Shown here: piece by piece, positions 8,601 through 17,673 of the stretch | Layout of the letters: every line of letters begins with the position of its first letter | Numbering within the stretch: position 1 is the stretch's first letter | From: a virus | Lineage: Duplodnaviria > Caudoviricetes | Virus record (IMG/VR): IMGVR_UViG_3300023055_000010 | Location: 1-44,696 of that record | Direction: 5' to 3' (one strand) | DNA length: 44,696 bases | Position numbers and translations under genes: made by a program | The notes under the pieces: generated by a model | Told to the model about the DNA's origin: nothing | The model's database searches: none | The model's input: only the letters and a program-made list of their open reading frames with translations

Positions 8601-8804
8601 GGGCCCCTCGCTGATCAGGTCCAGGACCTTGGCGTAAGAGATGCTGTGCAGGCTGTCAGGAGCCTCCACGGGAGAGCGAGCGCCGCCCCCGCCCTTGCCG
8701 CCCTTGCGGCCGACAATCGTGATCCCGCCTTGGCGTGCAATGTGGCGCATGGGCCCATCAATAGAAAACCCGCCGGCTTCGGCGGGTGAAAGTAGACGTT
8801 GCAT
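5613..8804 (-). CDS. Central tail fibre / tip attachment protein (lambda gpJ-like)
   Basis: DLISEGPIVG, VPSNYDP…WDGTFKQAWTNNP, EPRFTCN, GCTSRGQA, FN3 region and DUF1983-like C-terminus. Start may be 8750. Confidence 0.93.
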   Translation of the reverse strand: MQRLLSPAEAGGFSIDGPMRHIARQGGITIVGRKGGKGGGGARSPVEAPDSLHSISYAKVLDLISEGPIVGPVTGLNSILRSIYLDGTPIENEDGSLNFQGVRVDFRKGTQAQDYIQGFPAAESTTGLGVELKYGVPWVQTVTDRTLSAIRITLEVRGLLQVDTGNGDRGGARVDYAIDLQTDGGPFQEVVVSAFDGKTTQSYARTHRIDLPQGAQTGWVVRVRRLSIDSATDTLTNDTWIQSITNVLDAKLRMPMSAAVGIQIDASQFSAIPTRAYRFRGRIIAVPSNYDPESRTYTGVWDGTFKQAWTNNPVWIWYDMVTNQRYGAGAFLDPVRLSMAKWQLYPVSQYCDEQVPDGFGGMEPRFTCNVYIQQAADAYRVMSDLASVFRGIVYEMNGSIAASADIPSDPVYNFTNANVLDGRFGYAGSPRRTRYTVVQVSWNDSSNQGIAKMEAVEDRDAISRYGVRMYQMTAFGCTSRGQAVRAGKWALVSSQRETQGVTFGVGLEQAVVKPGSVIRIADKNRAGRRIGGRIHSATATTIVVDLAVGVRSGDRLILNMPNGLTQTRIIQGAVGTMITADQTIWTADSTEITADMIGIQGATLEITVTQPFTEIPEPEAVWTIESEELSTQLFRVVSITRENVLNATITAVQHVPGKYDAVDYGTRLENPPITVIPPMVMPAPQNVALSSYSTLDQTIATHNALITWDKVQDAVEYQVQWRRNSSDWIEAGRTASASVEIRGISIGRYLARVRAINAANIPSAWGMSASTDLEGNVLPPPQVTHLTAQGMVFGIRLNWGFPAGNYIIERTEIWYSESQNQGSAIKMGEFAFPQNTHDLMGLSAGKRLYFWARLVDRTGIPGDFFPVGNPGVIGTSSNSADEILEYLTGQITETQLAQALLDRIDEAGDAQVQIDAIVNSLAAMYTIKTQLTVGGVPYLAGIGVGVENNQGVITSQILLAAARVAILDESTGSVKAPFVVQGGQVFMNEAIIGRATIGALNLKDNLSSDALNPSGVPVFNLNMRSGLMSFNGTEADGSRTEINNRGMRYYYPNGVLGARFGGS

Positions 8805-8812
8805 TGTTGCCT

Positions 8813-9415
8813 CTACGCTTGGTCTTCGGCATAGATGCCGGCGGAGACTACCGCGCTCCCCGCCCAGCATTCACCGTAATGGAGAGGTACGCAGTTCCCT
8901 TGCGCGGTGGTGTTGACCGCGCCATTGAAGTTGTAGGACGCGCCGTTGTTGGGACTATCCTTGGTCGAAAGCCCGGTCTGCGTGGGACTCAGCATCTGGA
9001 TAGCCCCACCCAACCCGATGACGGCGCCCATTTTCATGAGCGAAGTCCCGAACGCGGCCATCGTGCCCGAGCTGAGTACGTTGATCACTGCGCCCACGGC
9101 CACCATGGCCGCGCCTAGGATGGTCTGAAAAACGCCCCCGCGCTTCGCCCCCTGAATGACAGGCGCGAATCGGATTTCTTCACCGTCAGCGGGCGCGTGC
9201 TGCAGATCCTGCTCCGCGATATTGCGTCGACCGAGAAACACCGCATATCGAACGCCGTGGCTGCCGGAGGAGATCATCTCCTTTTCGAATCCCGGAAGGA
9301 TCGCGCAGAGAGCTTGTACAGCCTCGGCCGCACTTCGCACAGCCAGCCGGTGGACGCGGCCGAATCGCGTGCCCAGCAGGCCGTACAGCCGGATGGTGCG
9401 GAGCTGGTTATTCAT
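8813..9415 (-). CDS. Tail assembly protein (lambda gpI-like)
   Basis: TIRLYGLLGTRFGR, IRFAPVIQGAK and SYNFNGAVNTTAQGNCVPLHYG motifs. Confidence 0.9.
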   Translation of the reverse strand: MNNQLRTIRLYGLLGTRFGRVHRLAVRSAAEAVQALCAILPGFEKEMISSGSHGVRYAVFLGRRNIAEQDLQHAPADGEEIRFAPVIQGAKRGGVFQTILGAAMVAVGAVINVLSSGTMAAFGTSLMKMGAVIGLGGAIQMLSPTQTGLSTKDSPNNGASYNFNGAVNTTAQGNCVPLHYGECWAGSAVVSAGIYAEDQA

Positions 9416-10211
9416 TCGACGCCTCCCGATGTCGCAACACCAGGCGCGTGATCTCCTGCCAGTAGCCGCCATACACCTCGCGAGTGGACAGCCGGCCGTA
9501 GAGGTGATGGAGCATGGTCCCCTGCATAGGGAACAGGTCCGGGCGCTCGGAAAGCCGGCCGTCGCCCAGGTAGACGGCGCCGTGATTGGTGCGCTTGGCA
9601 AGGTGATTCATGAGGATCACGTCCCCACGTTGCACGGTTTCGCCCGCGGCCAACGGCCGGAAGCCTGCGGCGGCGAAGTTGTCCAGGTAGACCTCCTCAT
9701 CGCCCTCCCACCAGCCATCAGCGCGCGGGAAGTCAGGGAGGTGAATCCCCATCTCTCGCGCGTGAAAATCGCGAATCACGCTGTAGCAGTCCAGGACGCC
9801 GTGATGGAATGTGCGTCCCAGCAGCGGCGCCTGATAGCCCGTCGGGGAAAACGCCTCAATGGCAAGCGCTTGGGGCGTGTCCTGACAAATGTCCTTGCGC
9901 ACCTCGACGATGTACCAGGGTATCGCCCCTACCCGCTCGGCCATGGCCTCGCAGGCCACCAGATCCGCCTCCGATGGCGAGGCCGTGTTATCCGGGTGCG
10001 AATGGACAAAGGCCACCACCGCGCCCATATCCTCAGCCGCTGCCCAATCGTCCGGGCGCGTTACGAAGCCGGCATCCGGCGCATCGGCCACGTTCTGGCC
10101 GCGCACATAGATTTCGCGGCCGTCGGAATCGGACACGACGAAGCCAACACATTCCGCGGGATACGCCTCCTCGGCGTGGCAGCGCATGGCTGCGAAAGTT
10201 GCTTTCTTCAT
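9408..10211 (-). CDS. Tail assembly protein (lambda gpK-like; JAB/MPN + NlpC/P60)
   Basis: YPAECVG, VHSHP…PSEAD, GVLDCY, NHGAVYLG and MLHH motifs. Confidence 0.92.
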   Translation of the reverse strand: MKKATFAAMRCHAEEAYPAECVGFVVSDSDGREIYVRGQNVADAPDAGFVTRPDDWAAAEDMGAVVAFVHSHPDNTASPSEADLVACEAMAERVGAIPWYIVEVRKDICQDTPQALAIEAFSPTGYQAPLLGRTFHHGVLDCYSVIRDFHAREMGIHLPDFPRADGWWEGDEEVYLDNFAAAGFRPLAAGETVQRGDVILMNHLAKRTNHGAVYLGDGRLSERPDLFPMQGTMLHHLYGRLSTREVYGGYWQEITRLVLRHREASNE

Positions 10212-10212
10212 G

Positions 10213-10959
10213 CTATCGAACCCGATCAGCAGCGGGGAACCCGCCAAAGTTGATGACAGCCGCCACCGGCTCCACGCCCTGCTCTGCCCCAAAACGAAGC
10301 TGACACGAGCGCACCAGACCGGCGCAGTTGTCCTGGTCAGGGCTGGATACGGGCCGGTCTTGGCCGTCGAAATATGCGGACCCCGTGTACTGGCAGTACG
10401 GGCCGCGATAGCCACCTATCCATTTCCACGGGCAGATGGTCGCCACGATCTGGCGCCCTGGTAGCTGGCGCCCATCGAACGCCAGGCCCGTCGCAAGCTC
10501 GAACTCAACCACCTCGGGCGTTTCGTTCAGCTTCTGTTCGACCAGCCAAACCTCAAGCGGCAACTCCTCGCCGGGGTCATAGTTAGGGTTGCCGTCCGGA
10601 AAGTTCGCGGGGTCAAGATACTTGGCAAGCGTCTCGCGCACGGTCAACACGCAGCCCACAAGATCGTCCATGGCGATGCACAGCGAGGAGATCACGCCGG
10701 CGATCGGCTCGCCGTTCTCATCCTCACCGATGTTGCCGACGGAGAGGGTTGGCGACGGCTGGGACGCTTCGCCCGTACGCTGAAAATCGCGGGCTTCCAA
10801 CGCCCAGGGCGTGTACTCCTGTCCCTTCCAAAAGATCGGGCCGCTTTGGTTGTAGTTGTGAAAGCGAAGGACCGGCCCGCCCTGGTTGCTGGTGTCCAGC
10901 TCAAACAGGCGCACCGCATCCCCCGGCTCCAGTTTCTGGATGTCGGTGATGATGCTCAC
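10213..10959 (-). CDS. Minor tail protein (lambda gpL-like)
   Basis: IQKLEPG, YLDPANF, four conserved Cys (CPW…YRGPYCQY…C…C) and FGGFP. Confidence 0.92.
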   Translation of the reverse strand: MSIITDIQKLEPGDAVRLFELDTSNQGGPVLRFHNYNQSGPIFWKGQEYTPWALEARDFQRTGEASQPSPTLSVGNIGEDENGEPIAGVISSLCIAMDDLVGCVLTVRETLAKYLDPANFPDGNPNYDPGEELPLEVWLVEQKLNETPEVVEFELATGLAFDGRQLPGRQIVATICPWKWIGGYRGPYCQYTGSAYFDGQDRPVSSPDQDNCAGLVRSCQLRFGAEQGVEPVAAVINFGGFPAADRVR

Positions 10960-10988
10960 GAGGGGATTTCCTACAGATGGTTGCCCGG

Positions 10989-11417
10989 TCAGGCCTTGAT
11001 GCTGCCGGCGAGAATGAACAGCGCGTCCAGGTCCGCCGACGTGAGGCGGAGACTGTCCGCCACCGCCTGGAGCATTTCGCTGTCGCGGTGGAACTCTTGA
11101 AGATCGTCCCAGGCGCGCCGGTATATCGCGGGCGTTTCCGGGCTAGAAATCACGCCCTCCGCCGCCTCGAAAAGCGATCCACCTCCGTGGGGCGTCTGCC
11201 ACATGGCCTCCCGGCCTTGAAAGCGGCTGACCACCTGCGGGACGTATGGCGAGGCTGGCTCGGGGGGGGGCAATTCCGACGCAACAAGCGTCACTGGCAC
11301 GTCTAAAGCCTCGCCGTACGCGGTAGTGAAAACCAGCGCGCCGCCGGAGTCGGAAACCAGAACGTCGTCATCAAATTGCCAGTATTGGCCGGTTTCCGTG
11401 TCTTTGAAGGTTTTCAT
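10989..11417 (-). CDS. Tail fibre assembly/chaperone-like protein
   Basis: Follows the fibre gene. VPQVVSRFQGREA and LDALFILA motifs are typical of fibre-associated proteins. Confidence 0.6.
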   Translation of the reverse strand: MKTFKDTETGQYWQFDDDVLVSDSGGALVFTTAYGEALDVPVTLVASELPPPEPASPYVPQVVSRFQGREAMWQTPHGGGSLFEAAEGVISSPETPAIYRRAWDDLQEFHRDSEMLQAVADSLRLTSADLDALFILAGSIKA

Positions 11418-12838
11418 TATCGATACTCCGTCCACGAGGAAATGCTCGCGGAAGACGCCGCGCAAATATACGTTGCCCCCGCTGGGATGATGAGCGTCAG
11501 GCCCACCGCTGCACCTGATGTTGGATGCGTAGACATGCCGCAAAAAGCCCCGTTTACGTTGGCCGAGAGGTTCCCAAATGCCGCCGTCAGGTCGCCTCTG
11601 ATATACGCGATGATGGGGCGCCCCGTGGTGTTCGTGTAATTGACACCTGAAGCGCGCGACGCGAGAACGTTTTGCAAGGTCTGACCCACGCCAAGGGTCT
11701 GCGCCATCTGACCCGTAAGCGTCGAAATCTGACCGGCCATCGTCGTGCTGTCAGCTTGTCGCGCCACCTCTTGCCACGTCCCCCAGGTCGCCGACGTACC
11801 AAAGCGAACGCGAACAAATCGACGGATCACGCCGCCGGTACCGTTGCGCGTCGTGTATGTCTGCGTGATTTGCAGATTTCCGGTGCCGACGGCCTCTACC
11901 TGCAACGTTCCGGCCAGCAACACCGGCCAGTTAAGCGCGGCGGTAGCCTGCGCGTCCGAATTGAGAAAGTAGAAGCCCGGGAAAACTGCCGTGTTTGCGT
12001 CCGTCCCGGCGGCAAGCGGTTCACAAAAGGCATGCTGATGCGCCAGTCGGACATTCCCGTCCAGCGTGGCCAAACCGCCGGCCGCGCCTAGCAACGACGA
12101 GCGCAAAAACTCCTCCCAGGCGGACCAAACGCCACCCACCAGAGAGCGGAAAAATTGCCGGTTCCCGTTGCTGCCGATATACACCTGATTGACGTTCGTA
12201 CCGGCAGCAGCACCGGCGGCCGCTTCGCAGTACACCAGCAGCCAACCGGAGTTTGCAATGGGGAAATTCGTACCGCCGGCGGCCGTGGATGACGCTGAGA
12301 TGGCCCACATCCCCCGGTTGGCGTAGTTGTTCAAGTTCGCGCCGGCTTCTACACGGCCCAGGTAGGGCAGAGAGTTGCCGGCGGTGTGGACCTCTTGCCA
12401 CGGCGACCATGAAGTATTGATTGCCATCCGCCAGTATTGGCGCGCGCCGGCCGTGGGGGAAACTGGGCCCGTAGAGGCGACCGTGTACCGTTGAACGGTC
12501 TGCCCGGACACTCCGGTCCCCTCTACCGAGAGAATCCCGCCAGTTGCCTGCGGATAGTTGGTGCCCGCCTGCGCGCCGGCGGTGGATGCCTGGCGATAGC
12601 TGCCGGGCAGTTGATAGTTGTTCAGATCATGGGCAGTTGCGGGCAGCGTCTGCACCGCCGGAGCCTGACCAGGCAGGAGGCGACCATCAGCGCCCAGCGT
12701 GGCAAAGCCGCTTGCCGCGCCGAGCGCGTTGGCAATGGTGTCCATGTTCTTGTTGTGCTTGGCGAACGCATCGCGGGCCGGATCTCCGGTGCCGTCGTTG
12801 GGCGCTGCGCCAATGTTGATTCTCACAAGCGAATCCAC
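11417..12838 (-). CDS. Side tail fibre / receptor-binding protein with three pyocin-knob-like repeats
   Basis: N-terminal INIGAAPNDGTGDPARDAF. Three units start DLNNY/NLNNY/DANT…G(S/M/F) and end W(S/G)xWxE. Confidence 0.82.
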   Translation of the reverse strand: MDSLVRINIGAAPNDGTGDPARDAFAKHNKNMDTIANALGAASGFATLGADGRLLPGQAPAVQTLPATAHDLNNYQLPGSYRQASTAGAQAGTNYPQATGGILSVEGTGVSGQTVQRYTVASTGPVSPTAGARQYWRMAINTSWSPWQEVHTAGNSLPYLGRVEAGANLNNYANRGMWAISASSTAAGGTNFPIANSGWLLVYCEAAAGAAAGTNVNQVYIGSNGNRQFFRSLVGGVWSAWEEFLRSSLLGAAGGLATLDGNVRLAHQHAFCEPLAAGTDANTAVFPGFYFLNSDAQATAALNWPVLLAGTLQVEAVGTGNLQITQTYTTRNGTGGVIRRFVRVRFGTSATWGTWQEVARQADSTTMAGQISTLTGQMAQTLGVGQTLQNVLASRASGVNYTNTTGRPIIAYIRGDLTAAFGNLSANVNGAFCGMSTHPTSGAAVGLTLIIPAGATYICAASSASISSWTEYR

Positions 12839-12846
12839 GGTTCCCC

Positions 12847-13182
12847 CTACGGTTTAAATACTTGCTGGAAGGTGGCGGACACTCGGTAAACGTCCCCGCC
12901 TATGTGGGCCAGGTTGAAACTCGGCGCCTCATACAGGCCTTCTTCGCCGAGGGGCGGAGTCCAGAAGAACGATCGAACGCCGGCATGCCTGCGCAAAAAT
13001 GTGGCCACGGCTTGCATTTCCTGCCTGCTGCCTGCGAACGTGAGCGGCCAGGACTGGACCTCAGTGTTGATGCCGTCGCCGACCACCTGGCGATAGCCGT
13101 CTCCGAACTGCGCGGTCAGCCGTCTGAATGTGACGCTGCCGGTAGGCTCGCCCGTGGCCCTCCATGAAAATCGTTCAGTCAT
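12847..13182 (-). CDS. Distal tail protein (lambda gpM-like)
   Basis: QFGDGYRQVVGDGIN, FLRRHAGVRSFFWTPP and ATFQQVF motifs. Confidence 0.9.
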   Translation of the reverse strand: MTERFSWRATGEPTGSVTFRRLTAQFGDGYRQVVGDGINTEVQSWPLTFAGSRQEMQAVATFLRRHAGVRSFFWTPPLGEEGLYEAPSFNLAHIGGDVYRVSATFQQVFKP

Positions 13183-15977
13183 CAGGACCTCCCATTCCTG
13201 GCGTTCCAAGCCGCACCACCCTGCCGATGTGAGCGATCCACGACACGTTGCGCGACTACTTCCATCTGTCTGAGCATTTCGCGCCCGAGGGCATCGTCAT
13301 GGCCGGACTCGCGTGACTCGCGCCCGCCGTCGCTAAAAATCACTTGGTTGGTGATCTGGTAACTGGCCCCGGCCCCAGCAGAGCCGCCAGTCGCGCTGTT
13401 CTTCAGAGGCGTGACGTAGCCGCCGTTCTCACCGCTCATCAGGTACGTTTGGCCTCCTTCGGTGTACAACTCGGGACCCAACTCCCTGACGCGGTAGAGC
13501 GAATTTGCTGCCGTTGGACCGCCAGAAGCGCGACCACCAGACAGGTTCCAGCCCGTCATGCCGTCTGTGTTGCCCACAGCCGCCATTCCGGTGCCCTGGT
13601 AGCTTGCCCCGGCCGATATGCCGCTGGTCGCCGCTCCTGCAAGCAATCCAGCGAAATTGCCTACCATCCCGACGATTGCCTGGCGCGCCGCGATCCTGGC
13701 CAAGTCGGCAATTACGGAAGTGGCGAAGTCCTTGAACGAAAGCTTCCCGGTCGTCACGAAACGGACGATTGCGTCCTCCATGCCTTGGAAGGCGTTGGAA
13801 AACAACGCTTTCGTCTGCGCAGCCACGTTGGCCGCCGAGTCTTGGTAGTTCTCGAGAGCGGAAGTGGCGCCGTTCTTCCAATTGCCCTGCGCCTCGCGCA
13901 CCTCGTCGAAATACTGCTGCTGCATCGACAGGCGAAGATTCAGGTGTTCCTGCAGGAGCGCTGTCTGGCTCTGGTAGGTCTCCTGAGAGATCTGACCCGA
14001 CGCCATCGAGCGGTCGAACTGCGCCTGCTGGCGCTGATAGTCCCGCAAGATCACCTGGCGTGCACGAAGCTCCTCCTGCGCGCGGTCACCCAGTCCCACG
14101 CCGGCCACCTGGTCGGCATACTGCTGCTGCTCCAGATCCCGAGTCGCGGCCAAGCTGGCGCGCAGAGCTTCGACCTTGGCAGTTTCCTGCTTGGTGCGTA
14201 GCTCCTTCTCTGCGGCCACATTCAGATCAAGTTGGCGGCGCAGCAGATCCTGCTGAGCGAGCAGACTCTTTTGATCCGCAGTCAGGACCTTCTTGTCCTT
14301 CAGATCTGCGATCTGCTGCTCGAACTCGGCACGCTTCTGGCCCCAGGTGGCAAGTTTCCCCTCGCTGGTGATTTGGGCCTGAAGGGAGGCTTCAGCCTCG
14401 CGGTACTGCTGCAAGAGCTTGGTCGCGGCGTCCTCCGTGTACGCCTTGACCGCCGGGTCCTTGTACTTGTCGTTGATCTGATCAATCAGCTTCTTCTGCG
14501 TTTCAAGGGACGCGCCGGTGATATCGGCGTCCTTCTTGACCTGGGCAATCTCGCGCTCGCGCTTTAGCTGATTGGTCTCGGTCTCCTTTGCTAGGGCAGA
14601 CAGACGGGCCGCGGCGGCGATCTTCTCGGCCTCCTGGCGTTTCTGCCAGCCCACAATTGCAGCTTGGTCGGCCTGATCCTGGAGCGCTGCGGCCTCAGCG
14701 ATCAGGCGGCGGCTTTCCTGCTCAAGCGGCCGGGCGCGCCGGCGCGCACCGCGACCACCGTCTCCGAAGAACGCCTGAGATTCGTCCGTCTGCGAAGTCG
14801 CGTTAGCGCGCATCTGGACCAGCTCGGCGTTGACGGCGCGCAGCTTATCGGTGAGATCGTCAAAGCTCGGAGGGCGCCCCAGGCTCTTCATCGCTTCCCA
14901 GGCGTTGCTGGCGCCCTGCCTGACCGCATTCCAAGCCGTCTCCAGCGTCCCCAGGTTCTCCCGCACTTCCGCAGCCTGCTGCTTCACGGCGTCCGCATAG
15001 ATGCGCTGCGCCAGCGTCGCTGCTTCCTGGCTGCGCCCCTGCCGCTCCAGGCTTGCGATCTGCTGATAGATCTCCAGCGTCAGGAAATGCTGCTGCTCGT
15101 TCAGCGCGGCGATGGCCTCCGCCGGCTTACCGCGCAGCGTTTCGAACTCCTGCACCGTGTCGGAAATGGCTTTCCCGGTGACGCGGTTCATCGCAACAGC
15201 TGCTTCCCCGACCACCGCGAAGTTCTCCCCGGCAATCTTGCCCGAAGCTGCGATCAGATTGAGCGCATCGACGGCCTTCCCGCGAGCCCCCGCCACGTCC
15301 GCGATGCGAGTGGCCAGGTTGGACATACCGGCGGCAGTCTGCCCGGCTGCGTTGCCGCTCAGAATCAGAGTGTCGGTGAATTCTTGCTGCTCGCCCTTGC
15401 CCGAGGCGAGAGCGGTAGAAAAGATGGCAACCGCCGCGGCGGCGACTGTCCACGGGTTCACCAGACCCATGATCGTGGAGCCCAAGGCTCGCGCCGCCGG
15501 CACGATGCCGCCGAACATATCCTTCAACTGGCCGCCCTGCTGCAGCAACACCGTGAGGGGCTGCTGACCACCCTGCAAGGAAACTACGATGTCCGTGAGC
15601 TGCGCGGGCACGCCACGCAGCGCTGCTGCCTGCTGTGCGGCGCTCACCCCATACTGATTCATCTGCTTGGTGGCGCCGGCTGCGGCCGCCCCGGTCGCCG
15701 ACAGCTTGGTTCTAAGCTCGTCCAGAATCGACGTGGGCACACCGCGCAGGGCAGCGTTGTAAAGGATCTGCTCCTTCCGGGTCATGCCGATGGTGTTGGC
15801 CTGGTTCACCAGGGCGTCAACACGGCGGCGCTCAGCGGCTGCCAGCTTCGTATAGTCCGCCTGCGCGGACTGCGACATGTCGCTGGTGCCGCGCTTGGCC
15901 GAAGCGATCGCGGCGTCGAACTGCGAGGTATCGACGACGATATCTAGCCGCGCGGTGCCAATGCTTTCCTGTGCCAT
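13182..15977 (-). CDS. Tail tape measure protein
   Basis: Long Ala/Gln-rich helical protein with PAQLTDIVVSLQGGQ…LLQQGGQLKDMFGG and a lambda-type C-terminal block. Confidence 0.95.
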   Translation of the reverse strand: MAQESIGTARLDIVVDTSQFDAAIASAKRGTSDMSQSAQADYTKLAAAERRRVDALVNQANTIGMTRKEQILYNAALRGVPTSILDELRTKLSATGAAAAGATKQMNQYGVSAAQQAAALRGVPAQLTDIVVSLQGGQQPLTVLLQQGGQLKDMFGGIVPAARALGSTIMGLVNPWTVAAAAVAIFSTALASGKGEQQEFTDTLILSGNAAGQTAAGMSNLATRIADVAGARGKAVDALNLIAASGKIAGENFAVVGEAAVAMNRVTGKAISDTVQEFETLRGKPAEAIAALNEQQHFLTLEIYQQIASLERQGRSQEAATLAQRIYADAVKQQAAEVRENLGTLETAWNAVRQGASNAWEAMKSLGRPPSFDDLTDKLRAVNAELVQMRANATSQTDESQAFFGDGGRGARRRARPLEQESRRLIAEAAALQDQADQAAIVGWQKRQEAEKIAAAARLSALAKETETNQLKREREIAQVKKDADITGASLETQKKLIDQINDKYKDPAVKAYTEDAATKLLQQYREAEASLQAQITSEGKLATWGQKRAEFEQQIADLKDKKVLTADQKSLLAQQDLLRRQLDLNVAAEKELRTKQETAKVEALRASLAATRDLEQQQYADQVAGVGLGDRAQEELRARQVILRDYQRQQAQFDRSMASGQISQETYQSQTALLQEHLNLRLSMQQQYFDEVREAQGNWKNGATSALENYQDSAANVAAQTKALFSNAFQGMEDAIVRFVTTGKLSFKDFATSVIADLARIAARQAIVGMVGNFAGLLAGAATSGISAGASYQGTGMAAVGNTDGMTGWNLSGGRASGGPTAANSLYRVRELGPELYTEGGQTYLMSGENGGYVTPLKNSATGGSAGAGASYQITNQVIFSDGGRESRESGHDDALGREMLRQMEVVAQRVVDRSHRQGGAAWNARNGRS

Positions 15978-15979
15978 GT

Positions 15980-16299
15980 TCAACTCTTATGGAAGATTTC
16001 CAGGGCCGCCCGCTCGATGATCCGAAGGTCGTCCATGATTTCCTGCTGGTCAGTCTTGGGAAGCTCTTGACGGTCCAGATCCTGATACAGAACCCCGTAG
16101 TCCAGCCCTATCGGCCCCCCTGCCCCTACGCGCCACTGCGTATAGTTCCGGGTGAAGAGGTTGAATGCCGGCACGAGCTCCTGCCACAGCTCGACCGTGG
16201 GCCGTTGGAAATAGCGGGGCTTCAAACCAGCTTTTGCTAAGGTCGCGGCTGATGGCGGCTCCCACAGGAACGCCGCCACAGCCTCAGTCAGTTTTTTTT
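15980..16299 (-). CDS. Tail assembly chaperone, frameshifted C-terminal part (gpT/DUF1799-like)
   Basis: TQWRVGAGGPIGLDY and DLRIIERAAL motifs. No own start codon; entered via the A8C slippery run at the end of gpG. Confidence 0.8.
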
Positions 16300-16599
16300 G
16301 CGCTCGACCCGAATCGCATCGTTGAAGGCGGTCGCGATGGCAAGATCGGCGCCGGGCTGATGTTCGCAAAGCAAGTCGAACGCCTCCTTGCTCACGGGCA
16401 TGTCCGCATCCCATTTCTCGATCAGCAGAAGCAGCAGGTCGGCGGTCGAGATCTCGTCGGCCGCCAGCTTCTTCATCAACGCGTCGTATTCTTTGCCCGT
16501 CTTGTGGCGAAAGGTCACGTTCAGTTCTTGCTCGCGCCCCTGGCCCACAATCGTCACCTTCGCGTCGATAGTCGGGTTGGCTTTGATCTGGAACGTCAT
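16288..16599 (-). CDS. Tail assembly chaperone (gpG-like)
   Basis: MTFQIKANPT…RKKN, between the tail tube and tape measure genes. Ends in CGC AAA AAA AAC TGA. Confidence 0.85.
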   Translation of the reverse strand: MTFQIKANPTIDAKVTIVGQGREQELNVTFRHKTGKEYDALMKKLAADEISTADLLLLLIEKWDADMPVSKEAFDLLCEHQPGADLAIATAFNDAIRVERKKN

Positions 16600-17252
16600 T
16601 ACGCGCCCTCGTAGGTGATCGGATCCGCGATGAGCGACAGAGTGAACGTGTTCTGCAGGTTCACGTTCTGCCCGCCGGTCGGGTTCTTGTTGAAGGACGG
16701 ATAGCCGTAGTAATAGGTGATAGCGCCGTCCGGATACTTCGTTTCCAAAACAACCGGGATACGCAGGCGGTCCGCCTTGACCAGTGCCGCGTACCACGCC
16801 TTGTTGAGGTCGTAGTCGAGCGTGTAGGTGAGCACCGTCGGGCTCTTGACGGTCGGCTTCTGCCGTTGCTTGCTGCTCGGGTCTTCGACGTACTGGAACT
16901 GGTGGTATTGCTGCTCGCCACCGGTGATCTGCACGTCCGTGATCTGATCCAGGCTGAACCAATCGGTGACCGGCTGGTAAGCGCCCGCCCCGCTGCCTGC
17001 GGGGTGCAACCGCAGGTCCGTTGTGTCAGCCCCCTCCAGCTTGAAGCCGTCCGCGGTGGCGCCAGTGGCGCGGTAAACAGCCTCGGTCAAGGCGGCCCAG
17101 CCGGAATCGATGACCAGAACGTCGCCGTTCTCCGGCGGGGTGACGGTAGACGCGAGCGGATCCACGCCGTTCGCAATCGAAGAAATTGCCACAGCCAGGG
17201 CAATCGTTTTCGAAACCCGGAATTGCGACCCGTTGATGAAGATGGAAGCCAT
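16599..17252 (-). CDS. Major tail tube protein
   Basis: GDVLVIDSGW, GGEQQY…QKPTVKSP motifs and position in the tail module. Confidence 0.88.
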   Translation of the reverse strand: MASIFINGSQFRVSKTIALAVAISSIANGVDPLASTVTPPENGDVLVIDSGWAALTEAVYRATGATADGFKLEGADTTDLRLHPAGSGAGAYQPVTDWFSLDQITDVQITGGEQQYHQFQYVEDPSSKQRQKPTVKSPTVLTYTLDYDLNKAWYAALVKADRLRIPVVLETKYPDGAITYYYGYPSFNKNPTGGQNVNLQNTFTLSLIADPITYEGA

Positions 17253-17313
17253 TTGTGTTCCTCAATTGAAAAACCCGGCGCGTGGCCGGGTTCGATGTAG
17301 AAGCAGGGAAAAT

Positions 17314-17673
17314 TCAGGAAGGAAGGAACCAGATACCGAAGTCCTGGCGGGCGCCGTACTTCTTGATTGCCTCTTCGTAGAGGCTGGTGGGCGAGCCATA
17401 CGGCTCAACAGCAGGAAAGTCGCTTTCGCACAAGGCGGTGCCGATCTGGTCCGCGATGTCACTTGCCTGCGCCCGAGTGGCGGCCCACACGAACACCTGC
17501 AAACGCTGGTGCCGCTTCTCGCGGCGCTTGCGCTCGACGTACCACTGTTCTTGCCCGCCCGCGCCCTGATAGACGATGAGGGGGAAAACCGGTTTGTCGG
17601 GGGTGACGTCCGGATAGGCGCGCCCTTCGACCAGCGGCCCCAGAAGCGCTTTCAACTTGGCCTCAAGTGTCAT
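17314..17673 (-). CDS. Tail terminator (DUF3168-like)
   Basis: RAYPDVTP…PLIVYQ…RLQVFVWA motifs and position. Confidence 0.8.
   Translation of the reverse strand: MTLEAKLKALLGPLVEGRAYPDVTPDKPVFPLIVYQGAGGQEQWYVERKRREKRHQRLQVFVWAATRAQASDIADQIGTALCESDFPAVEPYGSPTSLYEEAIKKYGARQDFGIWFLPS

Noticed and set aside
11417-12838. Diversity-generating retroelement or invertible tail-fibre cassette
   Set aside because: No reverse transcriptase, no template/variable repeat pair and no invertase gene were seen in the window.
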